From the NCBI GenBank assembly GCA_003670915.1, contig QWQH01000017.1, positions 7,845-71,844 on the forward strand: a stretch of DNA of 64,000 nucleotides, given 5' to 3'. Origin of the DNA: Planctomycetota bacterium (GTDB lineage: Bacteria > Planctomycetota > Planctomycetia > Pirellulales > UBA1268). Numbering within the stretch: position 1 is the stretch's first letter; every line of letters starts with the position of its first letter. This document shows positions 1-11,317 of the stretch, piece after piece. The notes under the pieces are model-generated. The model had not been told where the DNA came from. It did no database searches and saw only the letters and a list, made by a program, of their open reading frames with translations. A program made the translations under genes and the position numbers.

Positions 1-567
1 AAGGACGCGATAGAGCGACTGATGTCCCCGGATGGAGGCCACGTCGACGCCTTCCAGTAGCGGATCGTCCTGCGGCGCAGTGGGAAGCAGGGCGACGCGG
101 TATGGGAGTCCTTGCGTTTGGTAGCCTGCATTCTGACAGCCGAGCACCTCCGGTGAGAAGTCGGGCCAAGCGGCACATCCGGACGGTGGCGGCGGATCAT
201 TTGGACTGGGGATGAACCCGTGATTCGCGGTGCGAATGCCGATCATGGGCTTGCCAGCCTGAAGATGGCCGCGAACCACGTCGAGTTCCGCGCGCGGCGG
301 CGTGGCCCGCCGCACGAAGACGATGAGCAAATCGGCATCTGGCATCGCGGACAAAAGTCCCTCGAAATGAGTTGGCTTTGGCTGGTTTCCGGCGATGACT
401 TTCACCTGATGTCCCAGCGGCCGCAGTTCCTGATCCGCAAATCCGTTGAGGAAGGTGACCGCGTCATAGTTGTTAGGATCCTCGCTGGTCAGGCAGACGA
501 TGTCCGCGGCATGAACGGTCGCGCAGGAAAGAGCCATTACAGCAATGAGAAACAAGATGGTCTTCAT
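1..567 (-). CDS. Secreted ThuA-like (class I glutamine-amidotransferase-fold) protein; N-terminal 189 codons only, gene runs off the left window edge
   Basis: Absent from the ORF track because it is edge-truncated. The reverse complement of 1..567 is an unbroken frame starting ATG at 567..565: MKTILFLIAVMALSCATVHAADIVCLTSEDPNNYDAVTFL...LLIVFVRRATPP...GKPMIGIRTANHGF...WPDFSPEVLGC. It has a clear signal peptide. The ThuA-like call is from memory of the family layout. Confidence 0.55.
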   Translation of the reverse strand, partial: MKTILFLIAVMALSCATVHAADIVCLTSEDPNNYDAVTFLNGFADQELRPLGHQVKVIAGNQPKPTHFEGLLSAMPDADLLIVFVRRATPPRAELDVVRGHLQAGKPMIGIRTANHGFIPSPNDPPPPSGCAAWPDFSPEVLGCQNAGYQTQGLPYRVALLPTAPQDDPLLEGVDVASIRGHQSLYRVL

Positions 568-1017
568 TGTGGATTGTTTTAGGTGGCGTGCCCAAGCTGA
601 GGTCCTCACGAACCCGTGGAGGTCCTTTTTATCGAAATACTCGTCAGAAAGATACCGAGCGCAGTCCCGCGAAATTTGTAGGCGAGTTTACCCCAATGGA
701 TTTCGTAACGCACTGGCTCCGGAATGGCAGAAGTCTTCTCGCGGCGGCTTTTTCTCTGAGAGCCTTCTGCGGCGATGCATTGCTCAAGCGGATCGAAAAA
801 TCCCAATGCTCGTCGAGCTTCCGCCAATTCCGTCGCTATGCATCCATGTCTCATGTTCTCTAGCAAACGCCGCATATCAAGCCGGAAATCGGTCTTTTGG
901 CGACTGCTCGGGAAGCCTATTCTGACGGGTGTTGTATGCGTGCATTTTCCAGCAATTGTTTTCAATTGGCATGAACCGTTTTTCTGTGGCGCAGCAATCA
1001 CGCTCGAGAGGTTTCTG

Positions 1018-1866
1018 ATGCGATCGATCGCTGTGGCAAATCAAAAGGGTGGCGTCGGCAAGACAACCACTTCGGTCAATTTAGCCGTGGCGTTGGCTCG
1101 CGCCGGGCGAAAGGTGTGTTTGGTCGACCTTGATCCTCAGGCCCATGCCACGCTGCACGTGGGGGTGCCGCCTGGGTCGCATCCGCTCTCGGCGTATGAT
1201 GTGCTCGTGTCGGGTGAGTCGCTGGCTGCGGCAACGGTATCGGCAGGCCAGAATCTGCGGGTGTTGCCGTCGCACATCGATCTTTCGGCCGTAGAAGTGA
1301 CGCTCACAGCCAAGGCTGGTCGCGAGACGATTCTGCGGCAGCGAATCCAAGCCGATGCGGCCTGCACTGGGCAGGCCACGGACGGATTCAACTACGACTA
1401 CATGGTGATCGACTGCCCACCTTCGCTAGGGTTGTTGTCGCTCAATGCCATGGCTGCGGTGGACGAGGTGCTGCTGCCACTGCAGCCGCATTTCCTGGCG
1501 TTGCACGGTCTGAGCAAACTGCTGGAAACAATCGAGATGGTCTCGGAGCGAGTGAATCCTAGGCTCAAGCTCTTGGGTGTTGCGCTGTGCATGCACGAGG
1601 CCGGCACGCGACTCGCTGGCGAAGTGGGTCGGGATGTGCAGGATTTTTTTGCGTCGAGTGCCGGGAGGCATCCGGCGTGGGGTGGTGCAAAAGTGTTTGA
1701 ATCAAAGATTCGCCGCAATATCCGACTGGCAGAGGCGCCGAGCTTTGGCCAGTCGATCTTTGACTACGCGCCGGAGTCTCACGGCGCTCTGGACTACGCA
1801 GCGCTTGCCGCAGAAGTGGATCAGGCTGCGGCGGTAGAGCGCGATGGTGTTCTACGCGTGGCGTGA
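1018..1866 (+). CDS. ParA/Soj-family P-loop ATPase (orphan, no adjacent parB)
   Basis: Internal ATG at 1018 of ORF 775..1866 gives MRSIAVANQKGGVGKTTTSVNLAVALARAGRKVCLVDLDPQAHAT, the deviant Walker A KGGVGKTT of ParA/MinD proteins. DYMVIDCPPSLG is the Walker B region. Confidence 0.9.
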   Translation: MRSIAVANQKGGVGKTTTSVNLAVALARAGRKVCLVDLDPQAHATLHVGVPPGSHPLSAYDVLVSGESLAAATVSAGQNLRVLPSHIDLSAVEVTLTAKAGRETILRQRIQADAACTGQATDGFNYDYMVIDCPPSLGLLSLNAMAAVDEVLLPLQPHFLALHGLSKLLETIEMVSERVNPRLKLLGVALCMHEAGTRLAGEVGRDVQDFFASSAGRHPAWGGAKVFESKIRRNIRLAEAPSFGQSIFDYAPESHGALDYAALAAEVDQAAAVERDGVLRVA

Positions 1867-2424
1867 GCCGGCAGTTTTCGCGACGGCAGTGCTGGCTCGC
1901 TGAGGGCCGGCCCAGGCAATGCTGGCCGGAGAGTTGTCTGCACGTCAGGCCCATAGAGTTCCGACATCCACCAGTAGAGTGACTCGCAGAGATCGAGGCC
2001 CGACAGAATGCCGGTGCAATCGAAGTCTTCCGCCGATACAAAAAGGCGATCGCCCGTGGCAGGCAATCCAGCCGCAGGATTCGTAATCCCAGCGACCGCC
2101 CGCTGGGACGTAGGCGTATAGGGTCGCGGTGGCTGAAGGCGGTTCATTGCAAGCATGATGTGTGACGGCCCAAAATGGCGATGGAAACAGCGGTCTGTGA
2201 GCGAGTCCCGTCTCTCTGTTGAAAATGCCGTGGGCGAAGTGTCTTTCGACAGGCCGCTGCGGCGTAGATCAATTTTCTGCAGATTGAAGGATTTGGCAGA
2301 CCTTTCACAAAGCATGATTCGGGCAACTTGGATAAGCAAGGAAGTCTGGGCTAAATAAGAGGATTGTGGTGCTTTTGGCTCAAAAAGCCTATATTTTCGG
2401 ATCCTCTCAAATAGGAAATAGGCA

Positions 2425-4170
2425 ATGGTAACGCGGTTTATTGGCAGGCATTGGTGGAATAGGAGGCTCCAGGTAGCGGGCTTTCTGTGGCTTGCGTTTG
2501 CGCTGGGTTGGGTTGGGGCCGGCACTGGGCGGGCGGTTGGCCCGGACGGATTTCGCAAACTCAGTCCTGGCGTGCTGACGGTTATCCCTCCGGACACATC
2601 GGCCAGGAATGCCTTGGAACGCAGCGATATCCTTGAGATCACGCTGGGCCGTTCAGATCGCATATGGATCCCCAAACAGGATCCAATAGGTGGCACGTTT
2701 GTTGAGCGAGCAAAAAACCGCGCACTGTACCGCGACATTTGGTGTCTCGAATTTGCGTTCAAGATGCCGCGACTGATTGATGTAGATGTGCCTGCCCCCG
2801 ATCTGCAGATGAGGCGGAAGCGACTCTGGTATCTCGTTTACCGTGTCAAAAACGTGGGTGGTATCCGCCCAGTGGTGGTGCAAAACGGCCCTGTCACTTC
2901 GGAGAAGTTTGAGAAGCCGATTCGCTTTCTGCCACACTTCGTTTTGGAAAGCGTCGAAGGCCTCTCGCCGGCAGAAGGTGCGACGTCTTACCGCGCATAT
3001 CTGGATCGCCTAGTGCCGAGTGCCGTTGGGCCCATTCGTCGGCGAGAGGATCCGCGGATCGAACTTTTTGACAGCGCGCGCATGGCGGCAACAGACATCG
3101 CCTCTGGCGAGGAGCGATGGGGAGTGGCCATCTGGGAAGACATTGACCCTCGAATCGATTTCTTCTCCATCTTTGTTCGCGGCCTCAGCAACGCTATCCG
3201 GTGGCGGGAGGACCCACTCGCGGTGTTTTCAAAAGAGAGCGTTCCGGGTGCTCAGACGGAGTATGCCCTCGAGAGCCTCCGGTTGGACTTCTGGCGGCCC
3301 GGCGATGAACGCAACGAAGTCGATGAAGAGATGCAAGTTGGCCACGCTGGCCTCTTCGAAAGCATGTCCTTGGGAACAAAGGTGCTGGAGGCCTTTGGTC
3401 GTCCACGCCTCACCAAATCTACGCCTGCCGACGGCCTCGACCAACTCGGGCTCTCGTGGCGAGATTTGCTTGAGCCTGTCGTCGCAGCGGGCCTGGAGCC
3501 TGTCATCACGGCCGGGGCAGGCGGCGAGATTGATCGAACTGTCTTGTCGAGCCTTCTCCCTTTGGAAAAAGTGGTAAAGCGGCTCGCCGCGATGAAGAAT
3601 CCTGCGACCAGGGGGCCAGCTGTGCGGAATCTTCTGGGCGATCTAGGCATCCAATGGCTGGAAGAACTTTCCCGAGGGCTTGCCGCGCCTCTGGACCCCA
3701 ATCAAGAGGTCTTGCGTACCGCGTCGCTCAAACGCATAGGTGTGACGCCAGCGGATCTTGCCTCGCAGCCACTTCCTGCACTGGCCAACGTGATTCACTC
3801 GCTGGATGCGATTGGCAGGAAGGGGGTTTCGCAGTCAGATTCTCGGCAGGCGGTGGCTGCGGCCGTCTTTGGGCCGGCTGCCCGTCGGCTGGAGTCTCTT
3901 GCGGAGGAAATTGCGACTGCACGTACGTTGGTCGTGCTCAACGGCCTTCAGTTGGATCGTAAAAAGGTGGAGGCAGGTGGTCCTAGGGCTGCGTTTGACG
4001 CCGTTCGGATCGAGGTGGCTGCAGAGCCAGACCAGGCCAAGCGAGCCTTGCTGCTACAGGGGCTCTTTGGGCCCCAGGGGCCGGCCCTCTACGCTGCGGC
4101 TACCGCCGTGCACGAGGGCATTGACCACGCTTGGGTTTTCCGTTACGAAAACAATGCCGGCGAGCCTTGA
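2425..4170 (+). CDS. Hypothetical membrane-anchored protein, 581 aa, no recognisable family
   Basis: Long ATG-started ORF with an N-terminal hydrophobic anchor (VAGFLWLAFALGWVGAG). The N-half looks globular and the C-half is Ala/Leu-rich and helical. I can assign no catalytic or binding motif. Confidence 0.6.
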   Translation: MVTRFIGRHWWNRRLQVAGFLWLAFALGWVGAGTGRAVGPDGFRKLSPGVLTVIPPDTSARNALERSDILEITLGRSDRIWIPKQDPIGGTFVERAKNRALYRDIWCLEFAFKMPRLIDVDVPAPDLQMRRKRLWYLVYRVKNVGGIRPVVVQNGPVTSEKFEKPIRFLPHFVLESVEGLSPAEGATSYRAYLDRLVPSAVGPIRRREDPRIELFDSARMAATDIASGEERWGVAIWEDIDPRIDFFSIFVRGLSNAIRWREDPLAVFSKESVPGAQTEYALESLRLDFWRPGDERNEVDEEMQVGHAGLFESMSLGTKVLEAFGRPRLTKSTPADGLDQLGLSWRDLLEPVVAAGLEPVITAGAGGEIDRTVLSSLLPLEKVVKRLAAMKNPATRGPAVRNLLGDLGIQWLEELSRGLAAPLDPNQEVLRTASLKRIGVTPADLASQPLPALANVIHSLDAIGRKGVSQSDSRQAVAAAVFGPAARRLESLAEEIATARTLVVLNGLQLDRKKVEAGGPRAAFDAVRIEVAAEPDQAKRALLLQGLFGPQGPALYAAATAVHEGIDHAWVFRYENNAGEP

Positions 4171-4273
4171 TTTTGATACGCATTTGATTGTGGATGTTTG
4201 AATCGAGGGTTCTGACAGCCTGTGGTGCTGAGCAGAGAGACGCCCCTTAGAAACCGCCCTTAGGAGCAGAGTG

Positions 4274-4516
4274 ATGGCACATAAAAAAGGTCAGGGATCG
4301 AGCCGCAACGGTCGGGACTCCAATGCCCAGCGGCGGGGCGTGAAAAAATTTGGTGGCGAGGCTGTCTTTGCCGGTAACATCCTCGTGCGCCAGGTGGGGA
4401 CAAAGTTTCACCCCGGCAAGAACGTGGGCATGGGTACCGACTACACGCTCTTCGCCCTCGTGGACGGCGTCGTGGGCTTTGATCGCGAAGGCCGTCGCAT
4501 CAACGTGCTTGCGTGA
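4274..4516 (+). CDS. rpmA: 50S ribosomal protein L27
   Basis: [29 protein letters not shown]...[26 protein letters not shown] lies 7 nt upstream of the ATG at 4274. Confidence 0.97.
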   Translation: MAHKKGQGSSRNGRDSNAQRRGVKKFGGEAVFAGNILVRQVGTKFHPGKNVGMGTDYTLFALVDGVVGFDREGRRINVLA

Positions 4517-4612
4517 TGCGTTTCTAGCATTGTGTTCTCGTGAAAAGAGAGCAGTGTGAGTAGAGGCCGTGTATGAGTGCTGGCAAGTGCAGATCGGCAG
4601 TAGGCTTTTTTC

Positions 4613-5662
4613 GTGTTCGTCGACCGTGTCCATATCGAGGCGGCTGCCGGTAATGGTGGCCGTGGCAGCGCCAGCTTTCGTCGCGAGAAATATATTCCGC
4701 GAGGTGGACCTGACGGCGGCGACGGCGGCGACGGCGGCAGCGTGATTATTCGTGCTGCCTCGGGAGTCGATTCACTCGCCGCCCTATCGCATCGCATGCA
4801 GTGGCGCGCCGAACACGGGCAGTCTGGTGGTCCGTGCAATTGCCAGGGGCGTTCGGCCGAAGATCTTGTGTTGTTGGTGCCCCCAGGCACGATTGTGCGA
4901 GACGAATCGACAAGGCTTGCGCTCAAGGATTTGGCAACAGCGGGCGACTCCGTCATTGCGGCGCAGGGCGGGGCAGGGGGGAAGGGCAACATCCACTTCA
5001 AGTCGTCAACCAACCGAGCACCCCGCGAAACAACTCCAGGTGAAAAAGGATCGGTTCGGCGATTGCTTTTGGAACTCAAGGTGATTGCTGACGTGGGGCT
5101 CGTTGGCAAGCCAAATGCTGGAAAGAGCACGCTGCTTTCCAGGCTCTCGCAGGCCCGTCCGCAGATTGCCGACTACGCTTTCACTACAAAAACACCGATG
5201 CTTGGGATCGTGGCCATTTCGCGAGACCGGAGCTTTGTGCTGGCCGATCTGCCAGGGCTCATCGAAGGAGCCCACGCTGGGGTTGGCTTAGGTCACGAAT
5301 TTCTGCGGCATGTCGAGCGGGCCGGGATCATTGTGCACGTCGTCGAGCCGCAACCGATGGACGGCACCGATCCGCTAACCAACTACCGTGCCATCCGTGA
5401 AGAACTCGTGCGATACGATGCCTCTCTGGGTGAGCGACCGGAGATCGTCATTGTCAGCAAGTGCGAACTACCGGACGCGGAGGATGTGCGAGCTCTTTTG
5501 GCCGCCGAGATTGGTCGCAATGTGATCGCGGTGAGTGCTGTAACGGGGCAGGGCCTCAATACACTCCTAGCCGCGGTGACGACGGAAATGGATCGGCATG
5601 TCATGCCCGAAAAGTACATTCCTCGCAGGACGAGTCCACACACACCGCCGGTTCTCCCGTAG
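4613..5662 (+). CDS. obg: GTPase Obg/CgtA
   Basis: GTG start. MFVDRVHIEAAAGNGGRGSASFRREKYIPRGGPDGGDGGDGG is the Obg fold; G1 is GKPNAGKSTLL and G3 is DLPGLIEGAH. Confidence 0.95.
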   Translation: MFVDRVHIEAAAGNGGRGSASFRREKYIPRGGPDGGDGGDGGSVIIRAASGVDSLAALSHRMQWRAEHGQSGGPCNCQGRSAEDLVLLVPPGTIVRDESTRLALKDLATAGDSVIAAQGGAGGKGNIHFKSSTNRAPRETTPGEKGSVRRLLLELKVIADVGLVGKPNAGKSTLLSRLSQARPQIADYAFTTKTPMLGIVAISRDRSFVLADLPGLIEGAHAGVGLGHEFLRHVERAGIIVHVVEPQPMDGTDPLTNYRAIREELVRYDASLGERPEIVIVSKCELPDAEDVRALLAAEIGRNVIAVSAVTGQGLNTLLAAVTTEMDRHVMPEKYIPRRTSPHTPPVLP

Positions 5663-5701
5663 ACACGCCCGCAGGCAAGCACTTCACGCGAGAGTTTTGC
5701 G

Positions 5702-6562
5702 ATGAGCAGCCCACCAATCTGTCTTGGCGACACGGTGCTTTTGGCCGATGTGGGCAACACTCGCATCAAGCTGGCCGTCTTGGTTGACCACGGTGTGATG
5801 GATCCTGAGCAGCCCACGCTCCATCCAACGCAGTTGACTCACCGTCTACCCACAGTGGGACGCCGTCACGATCTCACCAGCCACGGATTTCGCCACGACC
5901 AGCTGGAAAAATGGCTCAAGAGCGTGGCACCTGGGGCGGCTGTTGTCATTGTGGCCAGCGTGCACGACGCGGCCGCGGCGAAGTTAGAAGCCTGTCTCGC
6001 CGAATTGTCTGTGACAAGCCATCGACCGTTGCGGCAGCGACGGATTGGCCATGCGGACTTGCCGCTGCTGATCCGGTTGGAATCTCCGCACAGGGTCGGC
6101 ATCGATCGATTGGCAGCCGCGGCAGCCGCAGGCATCCTCAAAACGCCAGGACGCAGTGCGATCATCGTGGATTGCGGCACGGCGGCCACCGTCGACATGG
6201 TGTCGGCTGACGGCGAATTTCTGGGGGGCGCGATTCTGCCCGGTCCGTCGCTGATGGCCCGGGCATTGGCGGAGGGCACAAGCAAACTGCCGGAAGTGTT
6301 GGCATTGGAACAGTCGGCCCCGCCGCCAATGCCCGGTCGCTCAACGCACGAGGCAATCGCCGCCGGCATCGGCTTTGGAATCCAAGGGGCCATTGCCCGA
6401 CTGGTTGCCGAAGCCCGCACCACGCTTGGTGGCGATGCCGATGTCATTTTGACAGGCGGCTGGCGAGGTGCCGTTCGGGCTGTGTTGCCTGGTGCGTTGG
6501 ACATGCCAGACCTTGTGCTGATGGGAGTTGCTCTGGCCGCCGAACGGGCCTGCGCGAGGTGA
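5702..6562 (+). CDS. coaX: Type III pantothenate kinase
   Basis: LLADVGNTRIKLAV, IIVDCGTAATVD and GGAILPG are the motifs of the CoaX (ASKHA-fold) family. Confidence 0.85.
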   Translation: MSSPPICLGDTVLLADVGNTRIKLAVLVDHGVMDPEQPTLHPTQLTHRLPTVGRRHDLTSHGFRHDQLEKWLKSVAPGAAVVIVASVHDAAAAKLEACLAELSVTSHRPLRQRRIGHADLPLLIRLESPHRVGIDRLAAAAAAGILKTPGRSAIIVDCGTAATVDMVSADGEFLGGAILPGPSLMARALAEGTSKLPEVLALEQSAPPPMPGRSTHEAIAAGIGFGIQGAIARLVAEARTTLGGDADVILTGGWRGAVRAVLPGALDMPDLVLMGVALAAERACAR

Positions 6563-6747
6563 TCGCTGTCCCCTCGCTGTTTTCAAGTGTTCGCCAAGTC
6601 TCGAATTGGCTTGCGACCTCCTTCCGCGTCTCAAAGCAGGGGGCCTTTGAGCAAGGCCTTCGAATCTGGATAGAATGATTTCTCAACGAGGTTTTCATTG
6701 GATGCCACACTGGTCGTTTCCAAGCCCTTTTTTAGGATCCTTGCCGC

Positions 6748-7155
6748 GTGAACCCTTCTATCGAATCTCCTCACAACTCGCCGCGGCCGACGGATCGAGC
6801 ACTTCCCAGGGCGGTCGCTGCCGCACGGGTGGCCGAAGAAACTCGGGGCACCGACGTGCGAGTGCTGGATCTCCACGGCCTCACTGAACTGTTCGATTAT
6901 TTTGTTTTGGCCACAGGCACCAGCCGGCGGCAGTTGCACGCGATGGCCGACGAGATCGATCTGGTTCTCAAGAAGGAAATGCACGACGTGCGTCGTGGGA
7001 TCGAAGGCTACGAAGAGGGGCGTTGGATCGTGCTCGATTACGGCGATGTGGTCATTCATCTTTTCGACGCCGAGTCGCGAGAGTATTGGGACCTCGAACA
7101 ACTCTGGGGGGACGCTCGCCGCGTACCAGCGGCCGACCTCGAGGCAGCCCAGTGA
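6748..7155 (+). CDS. rsfS: Ribosome silencing factor RsfS (iojap-like)
   Basis: GTG start. DVRVLDLHGLTELFDYFVLATGTSRRQLHAMADEI...WIVLDYGDVVIHLFDAESREYWDLEQLW is classic RsfS. Confidence 0.9.
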   Translation: MNPSIESPHNSPRPTDRALPRAVAAARVAEETRGTDVRVLDLHGLTELFDYFVLATGTSRRQLHAMADEIDLVLKKEMHDVRRGIEGYEEGRWIVLDYGDVVIHLFDAESREYWDLEQLWGDARRVPAADLEAAQ

Positions 7156-9065
7156 TGAGTGGGCCAGAAGCGGATGGCCCTCGCACGTGTGCGGCCGATG
7201 GCAACGGCCCTCTGCTCGGTTTGGATGGCGGCCTCGAGCGATTTGGTTTTCGGTGTGCCCTCCGCCGGATATTTCAGACCGTCCTTGAACGGCTCTCCGC
7301 CGAGAACGCCATAGCGATTGCACCGGAAGAGATGCCGGCATTGATCGAGCAGGTACGACAAACCGCCGACCCGAAGTTTGGTGACTATTCGGCGACGATG
7401 GCGATGTCGCTGGCCAAGCGTTCCGGCCGCAAACCGCGGGACGTGGCGATGGAGATGATCGCCAAACTCGACGGTGTGCCCGGATTTTCTGAACTGTTCG
7501 AGAAGCCAAGCGAGCCCGTCGGCCCGGGCTTTATCAACCTGCGTGTCCGAGATGAGGCGATTGCTTGTGCGATAAAGCAGGCCGTCGGCGATCCTCGGCT
7601 GGGGGTTGCTCCAGTGGTTGGCCCCGAGACGATCGTGCTCGATTACAGTTCGCCAAACGTCGCCAAGCCAATGCACGTGGGGCACATCCGTTCCACTGTC
7701 ATCGGCGACAGCCTAGCCAAAATCCTCAGCTTTCGCGGGCACCGCACGATCACCGACAACCACCTCGGCGACTGGGGCACGCAGTTCGGAATGATTCTTT
7801 GGGGCTGGAAGCACGTGCGCAACGAGCAGGCATTTGCACTGGATCCAACCGGTGAACTCGGTCGGCTCTACCGGTTGGTGCGTGTCGTGGTCGATGCAAA
7901 GCCCGAAGAATTGGACAAGCATCCTGAAGCCGCAGCAATCGTAGAGCAATATCCAGGCGTGGCTGAAGCAGTGCTTGCCGAAACGGTGAAGTTGCACAAG
8001 GGCGATCCGGAAAACGTCGCGATGTGGGAACGCTTTATGCCAGCCTGCCGGCTGGAGATCGATCGAATTTATGCCCGGCTCCACGTGTCGTTCGACCATA
8101 CGCTCGGCGAGAGTTTTTATCAGCCCATGCTGCAGGGGGTGGTTGAGGACCTTGCCAGCAAGGGACTCGCAACCCAGAGCCGCGGGGCGACGGCTGTGTT
8201 TTTAGACGGCTATGAAGCACCGCTTTTGATTCGCAAGGCTGACGGAGCGTTTCTCTACGCGACCACCGATTTAGCCACGATTCAATGGCGGATCGCCCAC
8301 TGGAAGCCCGACCGCATCCTCTATGTCGTCGATCACCGACAAAGCCAGCACTTCCAGCAGGTCTTTGCCACGGCAAAGGCGTGGGGCTATGGCGATGTGA
8401 AGTGTGTGCACGTCGCTTTTGGCACAGTTCTCGGGGACGACGGTAGGCCATTTAAGACAAGGGCTGGCGACACCGTTGGCTTGGAGGCCTTGCTCGACGA
8501 GGGCGTTGATCGAGCGATGCAGGTCGTCAACAGCGGCGCGGAGAGTCGCGGCGGCGATGGCATGAACGATTCAACCAGGAAGCACGTGGCCGAAACGGTC
8601 GGCATCGGCGCGATCAAGTATGCCGATCTTGCGCAGAACCGCACGACGGACTACGTATTCAGTTTCGATAAGATGCTCCAACTCACGGGCAATACGGCCG
8701 CCTACATGCAGTATGCGGTGGCCCGAGTGGAAGGGATTTTTGCCAAGGCGGGTATCGATCGCGAGTTGGTGCGACAGGCGAGGGTTCCGCTCCGTTTTAC
8801 CGATCCGCGAGAGCGGGCACTGGCGATCACACTGACTCGCTTTGGCGAGACGCTAGAAGACGTCGAGGCCGACTACCGCCCCAATGTGCTGACAGCCTGG
8901 CTGTACGAATTGGCCGGAGTCTATTCCACGTTCTACGACGCTCTGCCTGTGGCGAAGGCCGAGGGCGACGAACGAGCCACTCGCCTTGTGCTCTGCGATC
9001 TCACCGGGCAAATCCTCCGAAAAGGTCTCGAAATGCTAGGCATTGGCGTCGTGGAAAAGATGTAA
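7155..9065 (+). CDS. argS: Arginine--tRNA ligase
   Basis: Motifs present: PKFGDYSATMAMSLAK, GPGFINLRV, SSPNVAKPMHVGHIRSTVIGD (HIGH region) and a DALR-type C-terminus. The ATG at 7155 overlaps the rsfS stop (ATGA). The true start is uncertain because ORF-track frame 7023..9065 is open further upstream. Confidence 0.92.
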   Translation: MSGPEADGPRTCAADGNGPLLGLDGGLERFGFRCALRRIFQTVLERLSAENAIAIAPEEMPALIEQVRQTADPKFGDYSATMAMSLAKRSGRKPRDVAMEMIAKLDGVPGFSELFEKPSEPVGPGFINLRVRDEAIACAIKQAVGDPRLGVAPVVGPETIVLDYSSPNVAKPMHVGHIRSTVIGDSLAKILSFRGHRTITDNHLGDWGTQFGMILWGWKHVRNEQAFALDPTGELGRLYRLVRVVVDAKPEELDKHPEAAAIVEQYPGVAEAVLAETVKLHKGDPENVAMWERFMPACRLEIDRIYARLHVSFDHTLGESFYQPMLQGVVEDLASKGLATQSRGATAVFLDGYEAPLLIRKADGAFLYATTDLATIQWRIAHWKPDRILYVVDHRQSQHFQQVFATAKAWGYGDVKCVHVAFGTVLGDDGRPFKTRAGDTVGLEALLDEGVDRAMQVVNSGAESRGGDGMNDSTRKHVAETVGIGAIKYADLAQNRTTDYVFSFDKMLQLTGNTAAYMQYAVARVEGIFAKAGIDRELVRQARVPLRFTDPRERALAITLTRFGETLEDVEADYRPNVLTAWLYELAGVYSTFYDALPVAKAEGDERATRLVLCDLTGQILRKGLEMLGIGVVEKM

Positions 9066-9199
9066 GAACCCCGACACTGAACCGAATACGGGATGCCACC
9101 AACACGATACAATCGTGGCCCGCCTCGGTAGAGCCATGAGCTGAGGGGCGGTTTCAATCCACAGAGCTGTGCCGCAGAGCCACGCCCAAAGAGCCACAG

Positions 9200-11290
<2,091 letters not shown>

Positions 11291-11317
11291 GCGACTGCAG
11301 CGATTTGGGAGAGTAGA

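Noticed and set aside
606-1001. 131-codon minus-strand ORF (and overlapping plus-strand ORFs 545..925 and 567..863) in the ThuA-like/parA divergent spacer
   Set aside because: There are three mutually overlapping ORFs with Arg/Ser-rich, motif-less translations and no recognisable domain. This is most likely a 450-nt divergent promoter region. I cannot support any of them as a gene.
1821-2762. 313-codon minus-strand ORF spanning the parA 3' end, the spacer and the 5' end of the 581-aa gene
   Set aside because: As a whole it overlaps two better-supported plus-strand genes and has an odd Ser/Arg/Pro-rich composition. This is typical of a spurious antisense frame in GC-rich DNA. Only its last ~110 codons are kept as a low-confidence possibility (see finding).
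4712-4738. Perfect triple 9-nt tandem repeat GACGGCGGC x3
   Set aside because: It encodes the DGGDGGDGG of the conserved glycine-rich Obg fold, so it is part of a normal coding motif and not a repeat element. Slippage potential is noted but not pursued.
6631-7509. 292-codon minus-strand ORF
   Set aside because: It is antisense to the well-supported rsfS and argS genes. The translation is Arg/Pro/Ser-rich with no motifs, so it is an antisense-frame artefact.
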